A stretch of DNA of 64,000 nucleotides from positions 39,868,001 to 39,932,000 of the forward strand of contig NC_087436.1 in assembly GCF_036321535.1 (NCBI RefSeq), given 5' to 3'. The stretch comes from Camelus dromedarius (lineage: Eukaryota). How positions within the stretch are numbered: the stretch's first letter is position 1; each line of letters starts with the position of its first letter. The notes under the pieces are model-generated. The model was not told the DNA's origin. It saw only the letters and a program-made list of their open reading frames with translations, and did not search any database. A program made the translations under genes and the position numbers. Below, piece after piece: positions 26,591 to 39,240 of the stretch.

Positions 26591-26639
26591 TAAGTGTTCC
26601 TTCTTTTGTAATATCCATTACTAAAATTTATTTTCCTGG

Positions 26640-26745
26640 TACACTTCAAGTCCAAGAGCAGGCTCAGTGTCTGTAAGACTTGCCATTGGGCACATAACAC
26701 AGCACCTTGCACGTACAGGTGCTTAATAAATGCTTGGTGATTAAC
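26640..26745 (+). mobile_element. LINE-2 3' terminus
   Basis: acacagcaccttgcacgtacaggtgcttaataaatgcttggtga, L2 3'-end consensus. Confidence 0.65.
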
Positions 26746-29141
26746 AAAACAGCCTGGAATGCTGTTTAATAATATTTAAAACTTTCTCAATGTTTCTTAC
26801 AGATTTTTATCTCCCTATACCAGCAAAACAGCTTATGACTCTTTTAAAAATGCAACCTACGTTATGTAGCTAAAACTCAAACTCTTTGTCTTCTTCACTA
26901 ATTGGTATTTCCAACATTTTGCCTTTAACTCCACCAATGATATTTATATAGCACCTTCAGTTTTCTACTTTTATTAAGATAGTTGTACACTTACAAATAT
27001 TGTGAATTTCAGCCATAATCATGTAATATCTTTCCTGTGCGTTCTCCAAGTATTTTGGGTTTGGTTGGGCCTTGTCATTAGCTGCTAAGCAATAACTGAG
27101 CTCTGGATTGTGGCAGTGAGGTGCATGAGCCTGGCATGGGGTCTCAAGGAGCAAATGTCCTCCTCCTGTAGTTCTCCTTTTGGCCAAAGTTCTCAAATTC
27201 ATGGTTCCTTTAGGATCTTACTTTCAACAAATACTATTTAATGTTTAGAAAAAGCTGAACTTCTAAGAAAAATGTGACAAAAAATGTATAGCAGTGCCAC
27301 AGGTTCAATTTAAGGTGCTGTAGGTTAGCAGTTAATAGGAAATCATGTGACAGTAACGAGATGGTCCAATTTTTCACTTGGATGATTCCGCTCCAAACGT
27401 CTAAATAGCAAACTCCACAGAACATTCTGCTTCACACAACAATGTTCTGACTTAAAAAAGATCTAAATAACAAAGAGTAAGACATAATAAAGCCTGGTAT
27501 TTGTTAAAAAAAAAAAAGGTGACTGATCATTTTTTAATCTTACTCGTCTGTTGGTTTCCTTGTTTAATTTTAGAGACTCTGCATGCATTTCCATGCAGAT
27601 GCTTAGCAAAGAGCAGTCTGATGAAATGCAGTGAAATGTGGTTCCAGCTCACTAGAAGCCTGATCCTGTACGCCTGAGTGAGTTATAGGATCGTCAGGAG
27701 GTGAACAGGAGCATCAGGCTGTTGGACAAAACCAGAAACTTTCAGGTTTCTGAAGACAATGTACAGTTTGCAGATGTGCTTTTAGTAGTTTCTACTCTTT
27801 GTGGTGTTATGTGAAGTACTTAAAATTCTTGGAGTTATATGTGAATATTTTACTTAAATCCTAATTTCATAGGAAGTTTGAAAAAAGTATATTTATATTA
27901 TTTGACTGTCTTTTATTAAAATTCAATTACTTTTATCATCAACTTAAGCATGTGTCTTGATGTTTAAAAGTTGTGGGTTGAGTTACATAGCTGCAGAATA
28001 ATAGAGAAGCACATGCAAAAACCTAAGAACATTGATATTTGATTTTGTGTCAACATTTTATTTACCTTTAGCTAAAAAGCAACCTGAAAAAACCTTAGGT
28101 TTAAGAACTAATGAATTCATTAGAACCTGAAAAAAAAATGAGTCTTTATTGTGTGGAATATGGTAGAGATACATTATGTGGAATATTTTCCTCTAGCATA
28201 ATAAATACACCCAGAAAAATCAAGATTTTGGAAGACCTGGGTTAATTCATTATTATTTACATCATCCTAAAGATTTAGACACTCACATGCCTGGGGGCAT
28301 TATTTTGACCATTTTTCAAGTAACATACCATGGAATAAAATATGTACAAATTAGAGCTAGTTGCTAAAATTTTAAATAATAATTAAGAGTAAATCACATA
28401 TAAAGTGTGTGCCATGCAGGCTACAGAGACCTATATGACCTTCATTAAATATTTTGCTCTAGTTAACCTGAAGTGTTTCGAGAAAAAATGAAGTGCCAAT
28501 GTGTATGAACTTCATTTTAAGTACAGTAGAAATGAAGGTTATGTCTTTTATGCAAAGTCAATTTTGTGTACTATCTTAATAATTTTAATCCTGACAATAA
28601 TATTGTAGGATATGAAGACAGGGAGTCTCAGAAACATTAAGAAAATTGCCTGGAGCCACAGGAAGTAGTGATTGACAGGGCTAAAGTTTATATGTTCCTA
28701 CTGTTCTCTAAAGCGAACGCTATTTGTATATATTAGTAAGTATATATTAGTATGTGTTATTAGTAAAATATCAGTATATATTAGTAAGAGTTCAGAGAAG
28801 AAAAAAATAATGTGGGATCTTGGAAGCAGCTTAAATTTAATGGAAAAAGTGGGATTTAAGGCTCTCTTTCTAGGACTGGAATAATTTAGATAAGGGGAGG
28901 GAAAGAGATTGGGGTCTTCAAAGGTAATGGTGCAAGCCACAAGATAGGCATGCAGGAGCTCTCTTCTGAACAGTGGCTCTTAAGACCCCTTTTATTCTAT
29001 TCCTGTGCTCAGTTTCCTACTGCAGTTCCTTATCACTTAGTACTTGAATGATTTTTAGAGGCTTCAAGCTAAATCAGACTCTTCAGTAGTCTCTCTCTTC
29101 TTCATCTAATATAGACATCATATTAATTCTTATAAAATGTG

Positions 29142-29520
29142 CATTCATTCATTCACTGTACGTTTACTGAATACCTACCACCTATGTGCCAGGAACTATA
29201 GTTGGTGTTGGAAATACTACAATAAGTCAAAACATTGTCTCAGCCTTCTTGGATGTCTTAGTTACTATGGAGGAAATAGTTTAATATATGGTTCTAGAGC
29301 TTAGATGAGAAATCTGTGGTACCAAAATAAAATTTTAGGGTCATCTTCAAATTGGTGTTCATTGAAATTATATGTGATTGCTTGGGTGGTAGAAATAGAG
29401 AAAAAACATATGAAAACTAAAGGAAGACCAGAATTTTTTGAGGGTGACGAATTTGTTCAGGAGAGAGAGCAGGGAAAGAAGGAGCAAGTTGTAACCAGGA
29501 GGTCAAGGAAGATAAATTAG
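29142..29520 (-). mobile_element. LINE-2 3' end
   Basis: cattcattcattca...tttactgaatacctac...tatgtgccaggaact antisense L2 terminus. Confidence 0.7.
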
Positions 29521-31101
29521 TCAACAGAGGGAATGCTACGCAGGTGTCAGTGGGATTTGTCTTCCCCAGCCACACCAAGCAGCACAATGTACTTAAAAGT
29601 GTGCTGGATGAGAGATGGAAGGGCTCAAGTTCAAGTTCTTGCTCTGCAGCTTTCTAGCTGTGTGCAGCATATCCAGGGTAGGCAAGGCAGGTCCTTGAGA
29701 CTTTAGCTAAATGTGCACATCAGTTTTCCAGGCTAGGAAACGCAGGCTGTGAATCAGATGTGATTAATGTTTCATATATGATGGAGAACAATCGTCTGCT
29801 TTAAAAAAAACAGTACAGTGATGACTTTTCCCGGGACTTGTCTCTGTGACTTTAAGGGTGGTTATGGAAGGGTAAAATAATAATAGCTGGTGGGGGGCTA
29901 TCCATGCAACCACATTAGGCTGGACTTAGCTAATGACACAGAGCTCTGACATATATAAGCTGTACATTTAGAGAATATGTACTTGAGGAGAAAAATGAAT
30001 TTTTAAATTTTTTTGGAGACAATTTCTGAAGAATTATCTTAGAGTGTTTCTAGCTGAACTTAACTCCTTGTTCTCATTGATTTTTGGAAACAAATTAGTT
30101 GGACATTTTAAACTCCTTTAGAGACTGTAGACAGATGTATTTGCTTTAATCTTTGGTCATCTTTCTATATGTAGTAAAATGGCTTTTATAAGAAAAAACT
30201 ACAGAGATTTGAGATGTTTGTTTCCTAACAAACTTGCTTCCAGACAAAACTATCATGAAGTTATTCACTTTAGAAATTTTAATTTATAGCATATCTGGGA
30301 CCACCTGGCTTAATAGGACAAAAAATTCCTAACAAAGAATAACTTAGCTGTATTATTCTTTTTTAATTTTTAACTTTTTCAAATACATTTTATTTTTTAG
30401 AATAGTTTTGGGTTCACAGCAAAATTGAGTAGAAGGGACAGAGATTTCCCACATACCTCTTCCCCCAGCACAGGCACAGCCTCCTCAGTTATGGACATCC
30501 CCAGCCACAGCGGTACAGCTGTTAGAGCTGGTGAAACTGCATTGACGCATCTTTGTCATCCAGAGTCCATAGTTACACTAGGGCTCACTCTTGGTGGTGT
30601 GCACTGTATGGTTTTGGGAAAGTGTGTAATGACATGTATCCACCATTACAGTAACGTAGAAGGTAGTTTCACTGCCCTAAAAATCCTCTGTGCTGTGCCT
30701 GTTCATCCATCCGTTTCCTCTAACTCCTGGCAACCACTGAGTTTTTTGTCTTTTTTTTTTTTTTTTTACTGTCTCTATAGTTTTGCTTTATCCCAGATGT
30801 TATATTTGGAATGATATAGTATGTAGGCTTTTTCAGATTGGCTTCTTTCACTTAGTAATATGCGTTTAAGCTTCTTCCATGTATTTTCATTGCTTGAAAG
30901 CTCATTTCTTTTTCATACTGAATAATATTCCATTGCCTTTTTCTTCATCCATTCATTTGCTGAAGGACATCTTGATTGTTTCTAAGTTTTGGCAATTATG
31001 AATTAAGCTGCTATAATCATTCATGTGCAGGTTTTTGTGTGGACATAAGTTTTCAATTCCTTTGAGTAAATACTAAGGAGTGTGATTACTGGATCTGTGA
31101 T

Positions 31102-31262
31102 TACAGCAAAGTGATTCAAAGCGATACATATATATTTTTTCAGTTTCTTTTCCATTATGGCTCATTATAAGAAATTGAATATCATTCCCTGTGCTATACA
31201 GTAGGTCCTTGTTGTTTGTCTATTTTATTAGTAATTTGTATCTGTTAATCGTAAACTTCTAA
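31102..31262 (-). mobile_element. Tail-less artiodactyl L1 3'UTR fragment inside L1MC1
   Basis: tacagcaaagtgattca...ttccctgtgctatacagtaggtccttgttg...tatctgttaat; the host L1 reads ggatc|atatagtaagag across it. Confidence 0.8.
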
Positions 31263-31420
31263 TATAGTAAGAGTACGTTTAGTTTTGTAAGAAAGCTCCA
31301 AATTGCCTTCCAAAGAGTCTGTACTATTTTGCATTCCCACCAGCAACGAGTGAGAGTTCCTGTTCTACATCCTCCCCAGCATTTAGTGTTGTGAATTTCT
31401 GAATTTTGGCTGTTCTGATA

Positions 31421-31898
31421 CATGCATACCTTGGAGATATTGCAGGTTTGGTTGCAGACCACTGCAATAAAGCTAATATTGGTATAAGCAAGTCACAATT
31501 ATTTTTTAATTTCCCAGCACCTATGAAAGCTACATTTAAACTATACTGTAGTCTATTAAGTGTACAATAGCATTATATCTAAAAAACAATGTACATACCT
31601 TAATTTAAAAATACTTCAATGCTAAAAAATGCTGAACCATCATCTGTACCTGCAAGGAGTGGTAATTTTTTGCACTGGTAACATCAAAGATCACTGATCA
31701 CAGACCATCATAACAAGGATAATAATAAAGAAAAAGTTTAAAAAATTGTGAGAATTACCAAAATGTGACGCAGAGAGATGAAATGAGCAAATGTTGTTGG
31801 GAAAATAACACCAATAGACTTGCTTAATGCCAGGTTGCCACAAACATTCAATTTGTAAAAAATACATGATCTGTAGAGTGCAATATGAGGTCTGCCTG
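31421..31898 (-). mobile_element. Internally deleted Tigger1 (Tigger1a-like MITE)
   Basis: TA TSDs (31419-20, 31899-900); ends catgcataccttggagatattgcagg / atgaggtctgcctg match both Tigger1 termini; 478 bp, no transposase. Confidence 0.92.
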
Positions 31899-34697
31899 TA
31901 GTTGTGTAGTGGTATCTCGTTGTTGTTGCTGTTGGCATTTTGCTGATGACATATGCTGTGGAGTATCTTTTCATATGCTTATGTGCCTTGTATACATTTT
32001 CTTTGATGTCTTTAAAGACCTTGACCCATTTTTTAATTGGGTTGTTTGTTTCCTTATCATTGAGTTTTAAGAGTTATTTGTATATTTTGGATAACAATCC
32101 TTTATCTGATATGTCTTTTGCAAATGTTTTCTCCTAGTCTATGACTTATCTTCTCATTCTGTTGATATGTTTTTCACAGAGCAGAAATTTTTAATTTTAG
32201 TGAAGTCCCACTTATCAATTCTTTCTTTCCTGGATGGCATCCTTGGTGTTTTATGTTATCACCAAACTCAAGGTTATCTAGATTTTCTCCTATGTTATTG
32301 TCTAAGAGTTTTATAGTTTTGTGTTTTACATTTAAGTCTGTAATCAATTTTGAGTTTGATTTTGTGAAGAGTATGAATAATCTGTATATGTAGATTCACC
32401 TTTTTTGCAAGTGGATGTCTGGCATAAGGAAATGGTTCTAGCAGCATTTGTTGAAAAGACTATTAGCTTCATTGTATTGTTTTTGCTTCTTTATCAAAGA
32501 TGAGTTAACTATATTTATGTGGGTCTATTTTAGGCTCTCTGTACTGCTCTATTGATCTATTTTTTGGTTCTTTCACCAATACCACACTGTCTTGATTACT
32601 GTAACTTTATAGTAGTAGTTCTTGAAGTCAATTAGCATCAGTCCTCCAACTTTGTTCTTCTCTCTTTCAATATTGTTTTGGCTATTCTGGATTTTTGCCT
32701 CTCTGTATTAACTTTAGAATCATTTTCTCCACATCCATAAAATAACTTGCTGGAATTTGATTGGAATTATATTGGATATATAGGTCAAATTGGGAAGAAC
32801 TGATATCTTGACAATATTGAGTCTTCCTTTCATGGACATAGGATATCTCTCCATTTACTTGGTTCTTCTTTGATTGCATGCATCAGTGCTTTGTAGTTTT
32901 CCTCATAAATATCTTGTCTATATTTTGTTAGTTTATACCTAAAGTTGTCACTTTTGGGGTGCTAATTTAAATGGCATTGTGTTTTTAAATTTCTAATTCC
33001 ACTTGTTCATTGCTGCTATATGGGAAAGTGATTATATATTTAACCTTTGATCTTACAGACTTGCTATAATTTCTTTTTAGTTTCATGGCATTTTGTCAAT
33101 TTAGGATTTTCTACATAGAAGATCATGTCACCTGTGAGCAAAGACAGTTTTATTTCTTCCTTCCCAATCTATATACCTCTTATTTCCTTTTCTTTTCTTA
33201 TTATATTAGCTAGACCTTCTAGTACAATGTTGAAAAAGAGTGGCAAGAGGGAATATCCTTGCCTTGTTCCTGATCTTAGGGGGAAAGCTTCTAGTTTCTC
33301 ACTAGTAAGTATGATATTAGCTATAAGCTGTTTGTAGTTTTTTTAATCAAGTTGAGGAAGTTTCCTTCTATTCTCAGTTTACTGAGAGAGTTTATCATAA
33401 ATTATATTTACCATGAATGAATGTTGAATTTTGTCTAATGCTTTTTTCTATACCTACTGATAGGATGTGTATTTTTTATTTGTTAGCCTATTTATGGGAT
33501 GTATTACACTAATATAATTTTGAATGTTTACCAAGTCTTGCATACCTAGGATAGGTCTCACTTTGCTATAGTGTGTAATTCTTTTAAATGCATGTTATTC
33601 TTGATTTATTTAAAATGAAGTAAAATAATCTCAAGTGACAAAAGTTTTCAAGATAATGTTGGACAAATTAAGCCTCAAATTTAAGGGTAAAATGCAGAGA
33701 TATATAAATAGATAGATCTATGAAGATCTAAAATTAAATAAATGGAGAAGAGTGACATCTAATGTGAACTCTATATATTATGACATTGATATGCAATGGA
33801 AGAGTCTTAAAGGGAAAGAAAAGAGTTTTTATATAACTAAAATACATTATTACTATTACTATATCCATTCTCTGTATTTACATCCGAGGAGTTAAAAATA
33901 ATTCATGTATCATAATATTTCCTTTAATTTCACAGATGTTTATTATAAAATATTGTTTTGGAAAGGCATAGTCTTTTTAATGCTTAAAAATTTCTGTGTT
34001 TTATTTTTAACTTTCTTGAATTCTTTGACAGTGCTAACATAGTTTTACTTTTAAATATGTGTTAATATTTTACTTACTCATTATACTAAAAGTAAAATAT
34101 AGGTTCTAGTTTTTTTTCATCATTTGATCTTGGCAAGAATTTTTTTACTTTCCTGATTCATCATAATACAGATAAATGTGACCCACTATACCGCTTAAGA
34201 ATAGGCTTAACTTATACAAAAAACAAACAAAAAAAAGAGATAAATAAAATGAGATAATAAACACTTATTTACAATTTTAAAAATTGATAGTAAACTAAAC
34301 ACGTAAGACAGACTTTGTGGCAATTATAGATCTATTGTTATATGAAGGAATTAGAGCACTAGTCAGAATCCTTTTGATCGTACATCTATTGTTAAAGGAA
34401 GGAGAACAGAAATGGTAAAGTGTAAGTTAGAATTCTTTTGGTTGTGTGTCTATTCTATAAAGAAAAATTGGCAGAAATAATAGTGTAATAGTAAGAATTA
34501 TTTTGGTTGCAGATAATTAAAAAAAAAAAACCAAACGATTCAAACCAACTAATCAAAAACCCAGGCTTTTAGCAGGCATTACTCACAGCAGCTGGGGAGT
34601 AAAGATGTCGATCTGATAAAAGGGATCTGGGTGGACACCAACAGTATTTGTTAATGTAAATATATAAAGCATTATAAGAGCAGTGTGTTCTGCTTTG

Positions 34698-35152
34698 TGT
34701 GATAGACTGAGTCATACTGGACCTCAGTTTATTCATGCCTCCCTGTACCCACATCCTTTGATAGTCCCCTCCCACATGGACTGCTCATGGCCATAGGGCT
34801 GGCTAAATGGGACAACAGTAAAGGTAACATACATAGAAATTTGAAAATTTCTTACACTTTGGGAATTGTCCACTCTTGTTCTTGGAAATACGTCCACCAT
34901 CATGTAAAGTGGCCTTGACTAACCGACTGGAGGATGACAGACCAGGGAGAGAGAGTCACCAGTCATTCCAGGTGAGGCCCAGACATGCGAGTGAGGAGAT
35001 CCTAGACGTCCAGGCTCAGCTTAGCTGATTCTGGCCAAAAGAATTACTCAACCAACCACAAGCACTATGAGAAATAATAGGTGTTTTATTTGTGTAGTAC
35101 ATGATACATTTTGGGGTGGATGGTTACTAGTTAGCAAATTCTAACTGGTACA
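34698..35152 (+). mobile_element. MLT1-type MaLR solo LTR
   Basis: tgtgatagac...ggcccagacatgcgagtgagg...ttttggggtggatggttac...taactggtaca; TG...CA termini. Confidence 0.8.
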
Positions 35153-35919
35153 CCATGTCATGCTATACTTAGTTCTTTCCCTGAGGAAATTACAAAAGTG
35201 TTTTACTGATGTTAACTTACAACACATTAAAAGACTGAAAAAAAAAGAGACTGGAATCTAATATTGACATTGCATTCTTGCATCCTAAATAGTTTAATCA
35301 GAATAATCAATGACTCATATTTTAATTGATGCATCTGTGAGCACACGTTAATATTCAAGAAATGAGGTAATATACATATTACTAAATATGATAATGCTGG
35401 TAATTTTCTCGCTCAATTTATGTTTAAGGAAATGTCACCAACAGTGGTATTCAACTCCATTTGAAATTCAAAACATTGAAGTCACTTTTTAAACATTTTT
35501 ATTGTGTTGAAGCTAGAGAGTTAAAGAATGATTAAGTTAATTAAAGTTTGACTACATACACATGTAATGAATATATTTTGTAATAATGTGATTTAAGGGT
35601 TTAGCTTGGTATTAACCTAGCAAGACTGAAATTTTAAGTAGTGGTCTAGTTATTTTAAACCTACAGCTTTGAAAACGCATGAAACTCATTTTAACATCAA
35701 CTGTATAATTTAAAAGCTGATCTCCACCATACTGCAGTCTTTTCTCTCATCGTTTCCTCATTACAGTTATTTGTATATTTGTTAAACCTTTGGCAAATTG
35801 AGTAGGTCTTATTTATGTGTCCGCATATGTGCAGTAAGTAATGGACATTTAAATTTCAAAAAGATTGTCAGATGTGTTTCTATAATGAGATTCAAATTTC
35901 CTTATGTTTATTTTATTTC

Positions 35920-36050
35920 TATTTTATTTTTATTTTACAGATGTAGGAATGGAGGCCCAAAGATATTAACTAACTTGGTCACATAATTATGTAGCGGACA
36001 CCTAGATCTTGAATCCAGGTCTTCTGATTGTGAAAGCCACTCTCCTCCCA
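35920..36050 (-). mobile_element. MIR SINE
   Basis: attttacagatgtaggaatggaggcccaaaga...taacttggtcaca...cttgaatccaggtcttctga. Confidence 0.75.
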
Positions 36051-38859
36051 GGTAGGTCATGCTCACATGTTTATTTTCTCTCCCTCTTTCTCTCGTATAC
36101 CACAGAATATGGGTATTGATGTATAGTCTTTTACCTTTTAATAAATATTTAAGATGTACATCTAGATCTATGTAATATATCAAACACAGAAAAGTAGCTG
36201 TTTAACACTGGGCCATTTACGTGCCATTAAGCAAACTATATATTTTTGCTCCCAAGTGTAAGGTACTCTAGTTAAACTATTAAGATTCTGTAAGAATATA
36301 TCCACATGAAATATTCACATACGTGCCTGTGTATAGTAACACAACTCAACTCAGGTAATTGTATTGAAACATCTATTCCCTAGAAAGATTAAGAGGTGTA
36401 GAGAATGACCAAATATGTCATATCTAGGCATCATTTCCAGCACATTTTTAAGGCAAGAAAGAGTAAATTAAAGAGGAAGTGTAAAAAGTAGACGGTTGGT
36501 GGCCTGAGGAAAGAAATGACTGCAATTGTAAACTAAAATGAAGCTCCTATCTGGGAGAAAAGTAATTTAGCTTCATGAACAGCTGTACCTCTGAGGGTCA
36601 GGCATATGAGCAATTAAAATTAAGCAAGTTGATTTTAATATGCCTTAGTAACTGTGATTGATCTTGCAGAGCTGTTGTTGACTATACATCAAGAAACAAT
36701 TTAGGAGTCAGTTTAAAACAAAGTTTATAATCCTTGTTTAATGGATTTTGGTACCTCAGGCAATACAGTGCTGTAAAAATGATTAAAATGTGCCCTGTCT
36801 CTGTGTAATCAATAAAACCTCTCTCTAAAATTAGTTAGGTCCCAAAGACTCCTCAGCGGGCTTGGCAGTGCCACGTCTGTAGAATTCCAAATAAGCCATC
36901 TATCATTATTTCCATACGCAGGGTTCATTAGACACCTCATTCTCTATCTTATTAGCACCAAAGTCAGCTAAACAATCCAATCAAAAGGTCACCTTTAACA
37001 ATACCTAGTTAAACCAAAACATATATCAAGATGTTATTAATATGATACATCAAAATGCAGAGATTAAGAATACCTGGAATTATGTCTAGAATAAAGGGTT
37101 ATCATTAAAAAGGTGAAAATATACACATTTGTAAATTTAAGAAAAAAAATTTTAACTGACAATTCTATTTTAAAGGAGTTGATGCATTCAAGGACATTTT
37201 ATGGTTTATGTAGCTAAAGAAATTTAAAGTTTAACTTTCATGTACATTACAGTTCTAGTCACCTAGTACTGAATTTTCTGCCTTTAAGTGAAACTAATGA
37301 CAAATGTACATACGCTCTGAAAATGTGCTAAACTTATCACCCTGTTTATTACAGGAATAAAATGATAACTTTAACTTCATACCTCTTTATATGTTCATTA
37401 TTCATAATATACTCAGCTCTTTTTTATCTTACTCTAATTTTATATCCTCAGATAAACTTAGTGGTCAGTAGTAATTAATTCCTACAACCATAATTAGGAT
37501 GAATGTGGGTATGTTTCATGCTTACTTCAATCTGATGTCCTTTAATTCTCTTTCCTGATTGTAAAATAGATTAATAAATACTTACTTATATTTCTCTTGG
37601 ATCAATTTGGGGCCTATAATAAAATATTTTGATGGTTATTAGGAATGAAGAAAAATATCTCTTGTTGAATATTTATAATAACTCCACTGAAAGCTGTGTC
37701 ATAGCTATGTGTATGAAGAATATGAAATATTTATTGGTGACATTATGGGCCACACACTGTTCGGTGAACTTTATGGCTTTTCTAATCCCTCCCAAGTCAG
37801 CAATGTAGTTTTACTGCCATCATTATGTTTATTTCTACTTGGTACTTTCAGATCAAAATGTTTCCTCCTGCCCTCCCCAAATGCCCCATTTCCACTGTGC
37901 TGGGATATATCACTTAATTAAGAAATGTAAATCATAATAATATTCAAAAAGGGTTTGTTTTTCATTTTCTTATCATACTTAGGACAACATATTGGAAGAT
38001 ATAAGAAGGGAAATGTGACACTCAATGCTGTTTTAAAAGATGTTTTAAAAAAACTTAAAGGATGGTCAGGGCAGATGACAAAGGGGTGAGGGAGAGGAGA
38101 AACTTAAAGAAAAAATATCGCCTCACAAGGTAATGAAGAGTTTAGGAGAAGAATGAGAGGCTTAGCTTTCTTAAAATTGATCTAGGACGTTTTGGAAAAC
38201 CATAGCAGAAAAAGCATTATAGACATCAAAAGCCTGACATTCATATTAATCTAAATCAGTTGAAAATATAAAAAGACAGATGGTATAGGTGTTTCAGTTT
38301 TTATTGTGTTTTCTTTTTAGGGCTTAAGGCTTGCTTAAAGAACAGAGCGTTGTATGTTGAGATTTTAATATTATGGCACTGGGTCTAATCAAATTACTGG
38401 AAGATACTGGAACATTTCTAGTTAAGTATCATAGGGGTTCAAGTATGCAGAATTAAAGATGTGAAAGAATTTCTGGATTTACTGTAAACTTGAATAATTG
38501 ATAAAATATTATGACTGATAACAAAGGGAAAAAATGGAAATAAATGGTTGGAATTATTGGTAATTAATATGGGAAGTAACGGCATACTACACAGAACGGC
38601 ACTAGACTTCTTTCAGTTGCTTGGATGGGTTGTGTTTTTCAAGGGACACGATCACTGTATTGGGTTCCAAAACCTATAGCCCAGACCCCACACACCTTAG
38701 AACAACTCTGAGTGGTGGAGGGATACATAACCCCAAATCCATAATCCATGATCTATGCCCTTCATTTTTTCTTTTTCTTTTTCTTTTTTTGTAAATGTCT
38801 TAGAATAAAAAAGATGCCTCAGCTATACTGTATTTGTGCAAACCAATGTCTCTTTCTAT

Positions 38860-39075
38860 AATTGCTTTTTGGGCTTTCAGCTGCATATCTTTAAGTGAGT
38901 ATACTTTCATGTCAGATAAACCTATTTTGAGTGCTAGCCATGTGATTGCTTCCTCATCTGTAAAAGGTAATAATGCTTATCTCAAAAAAAGTTGCTTGGA
39001 GAAGTAAGTGTAAACTGCCTAGCAAAATATCTGGCCCATATTCAGTGCTCAATAAATATTAATTATTACTATTAC
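38860..39075 (+). mobile_element. MIR SINE
   Basis: ttcctcatctgtaaaa core and cctagcaaaatatctggcccata...gtgctcaataaatatt tail. Confidence 0.7.
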
Positions 39076-39216
39076 AGTTAGTCCCTGAATTGCTTTTTTT
39101 ATAGCATTTGTAGCTCTTCACAATACCTATTACTGTTCAAATGCTGCTTCAAATTTTGTTTGCTTCACAGACAGTTTTCCTGACAGGCAGCAACATTCAA
39201 CTCCATTTCAAAGTAA

Positions 39217-39240
39217 AATCAATCAATCAATCAATCAATC
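39217..39240 (+). repeat. (AATC)6 microsatellite
   Basis: Six perfect AATC units. Confidence 0.95.

Larger units (their letters stand above)
30385..33585 (-). mobile_element. L1MC1-like LINE-1 (3'UTR plus ORF2 3' half) with two nested insertions
   Basis: ttttagaatagttttgggttcacagcaaaattgag...gtttcactgccctaaaaatcctctgtgct typical of the L1MC1/2 3' end; continuous antisense ORF2 text to ~33585. Confidence 0.9.

Noticed and set aside
23263..27134. 14-bp exact match gtgcatgagcctgg at 23263 and 27121
   Set aside because: Matches of this length are expected by chance in a 64-kb self-comparison; flanks do not align.
28725..28790. Spaced tattagta repeats resembling a mini array
   Set aside because: Degenerate AT-rich tandem repeat; no constant repeat-spacer structure or cas genes, and the context is eukaryotic.
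30425..30814. Longest ORF (129 aa)
   Set aside because: Lies antisense within the L1MC1 3'UTR; no recognisable protein.
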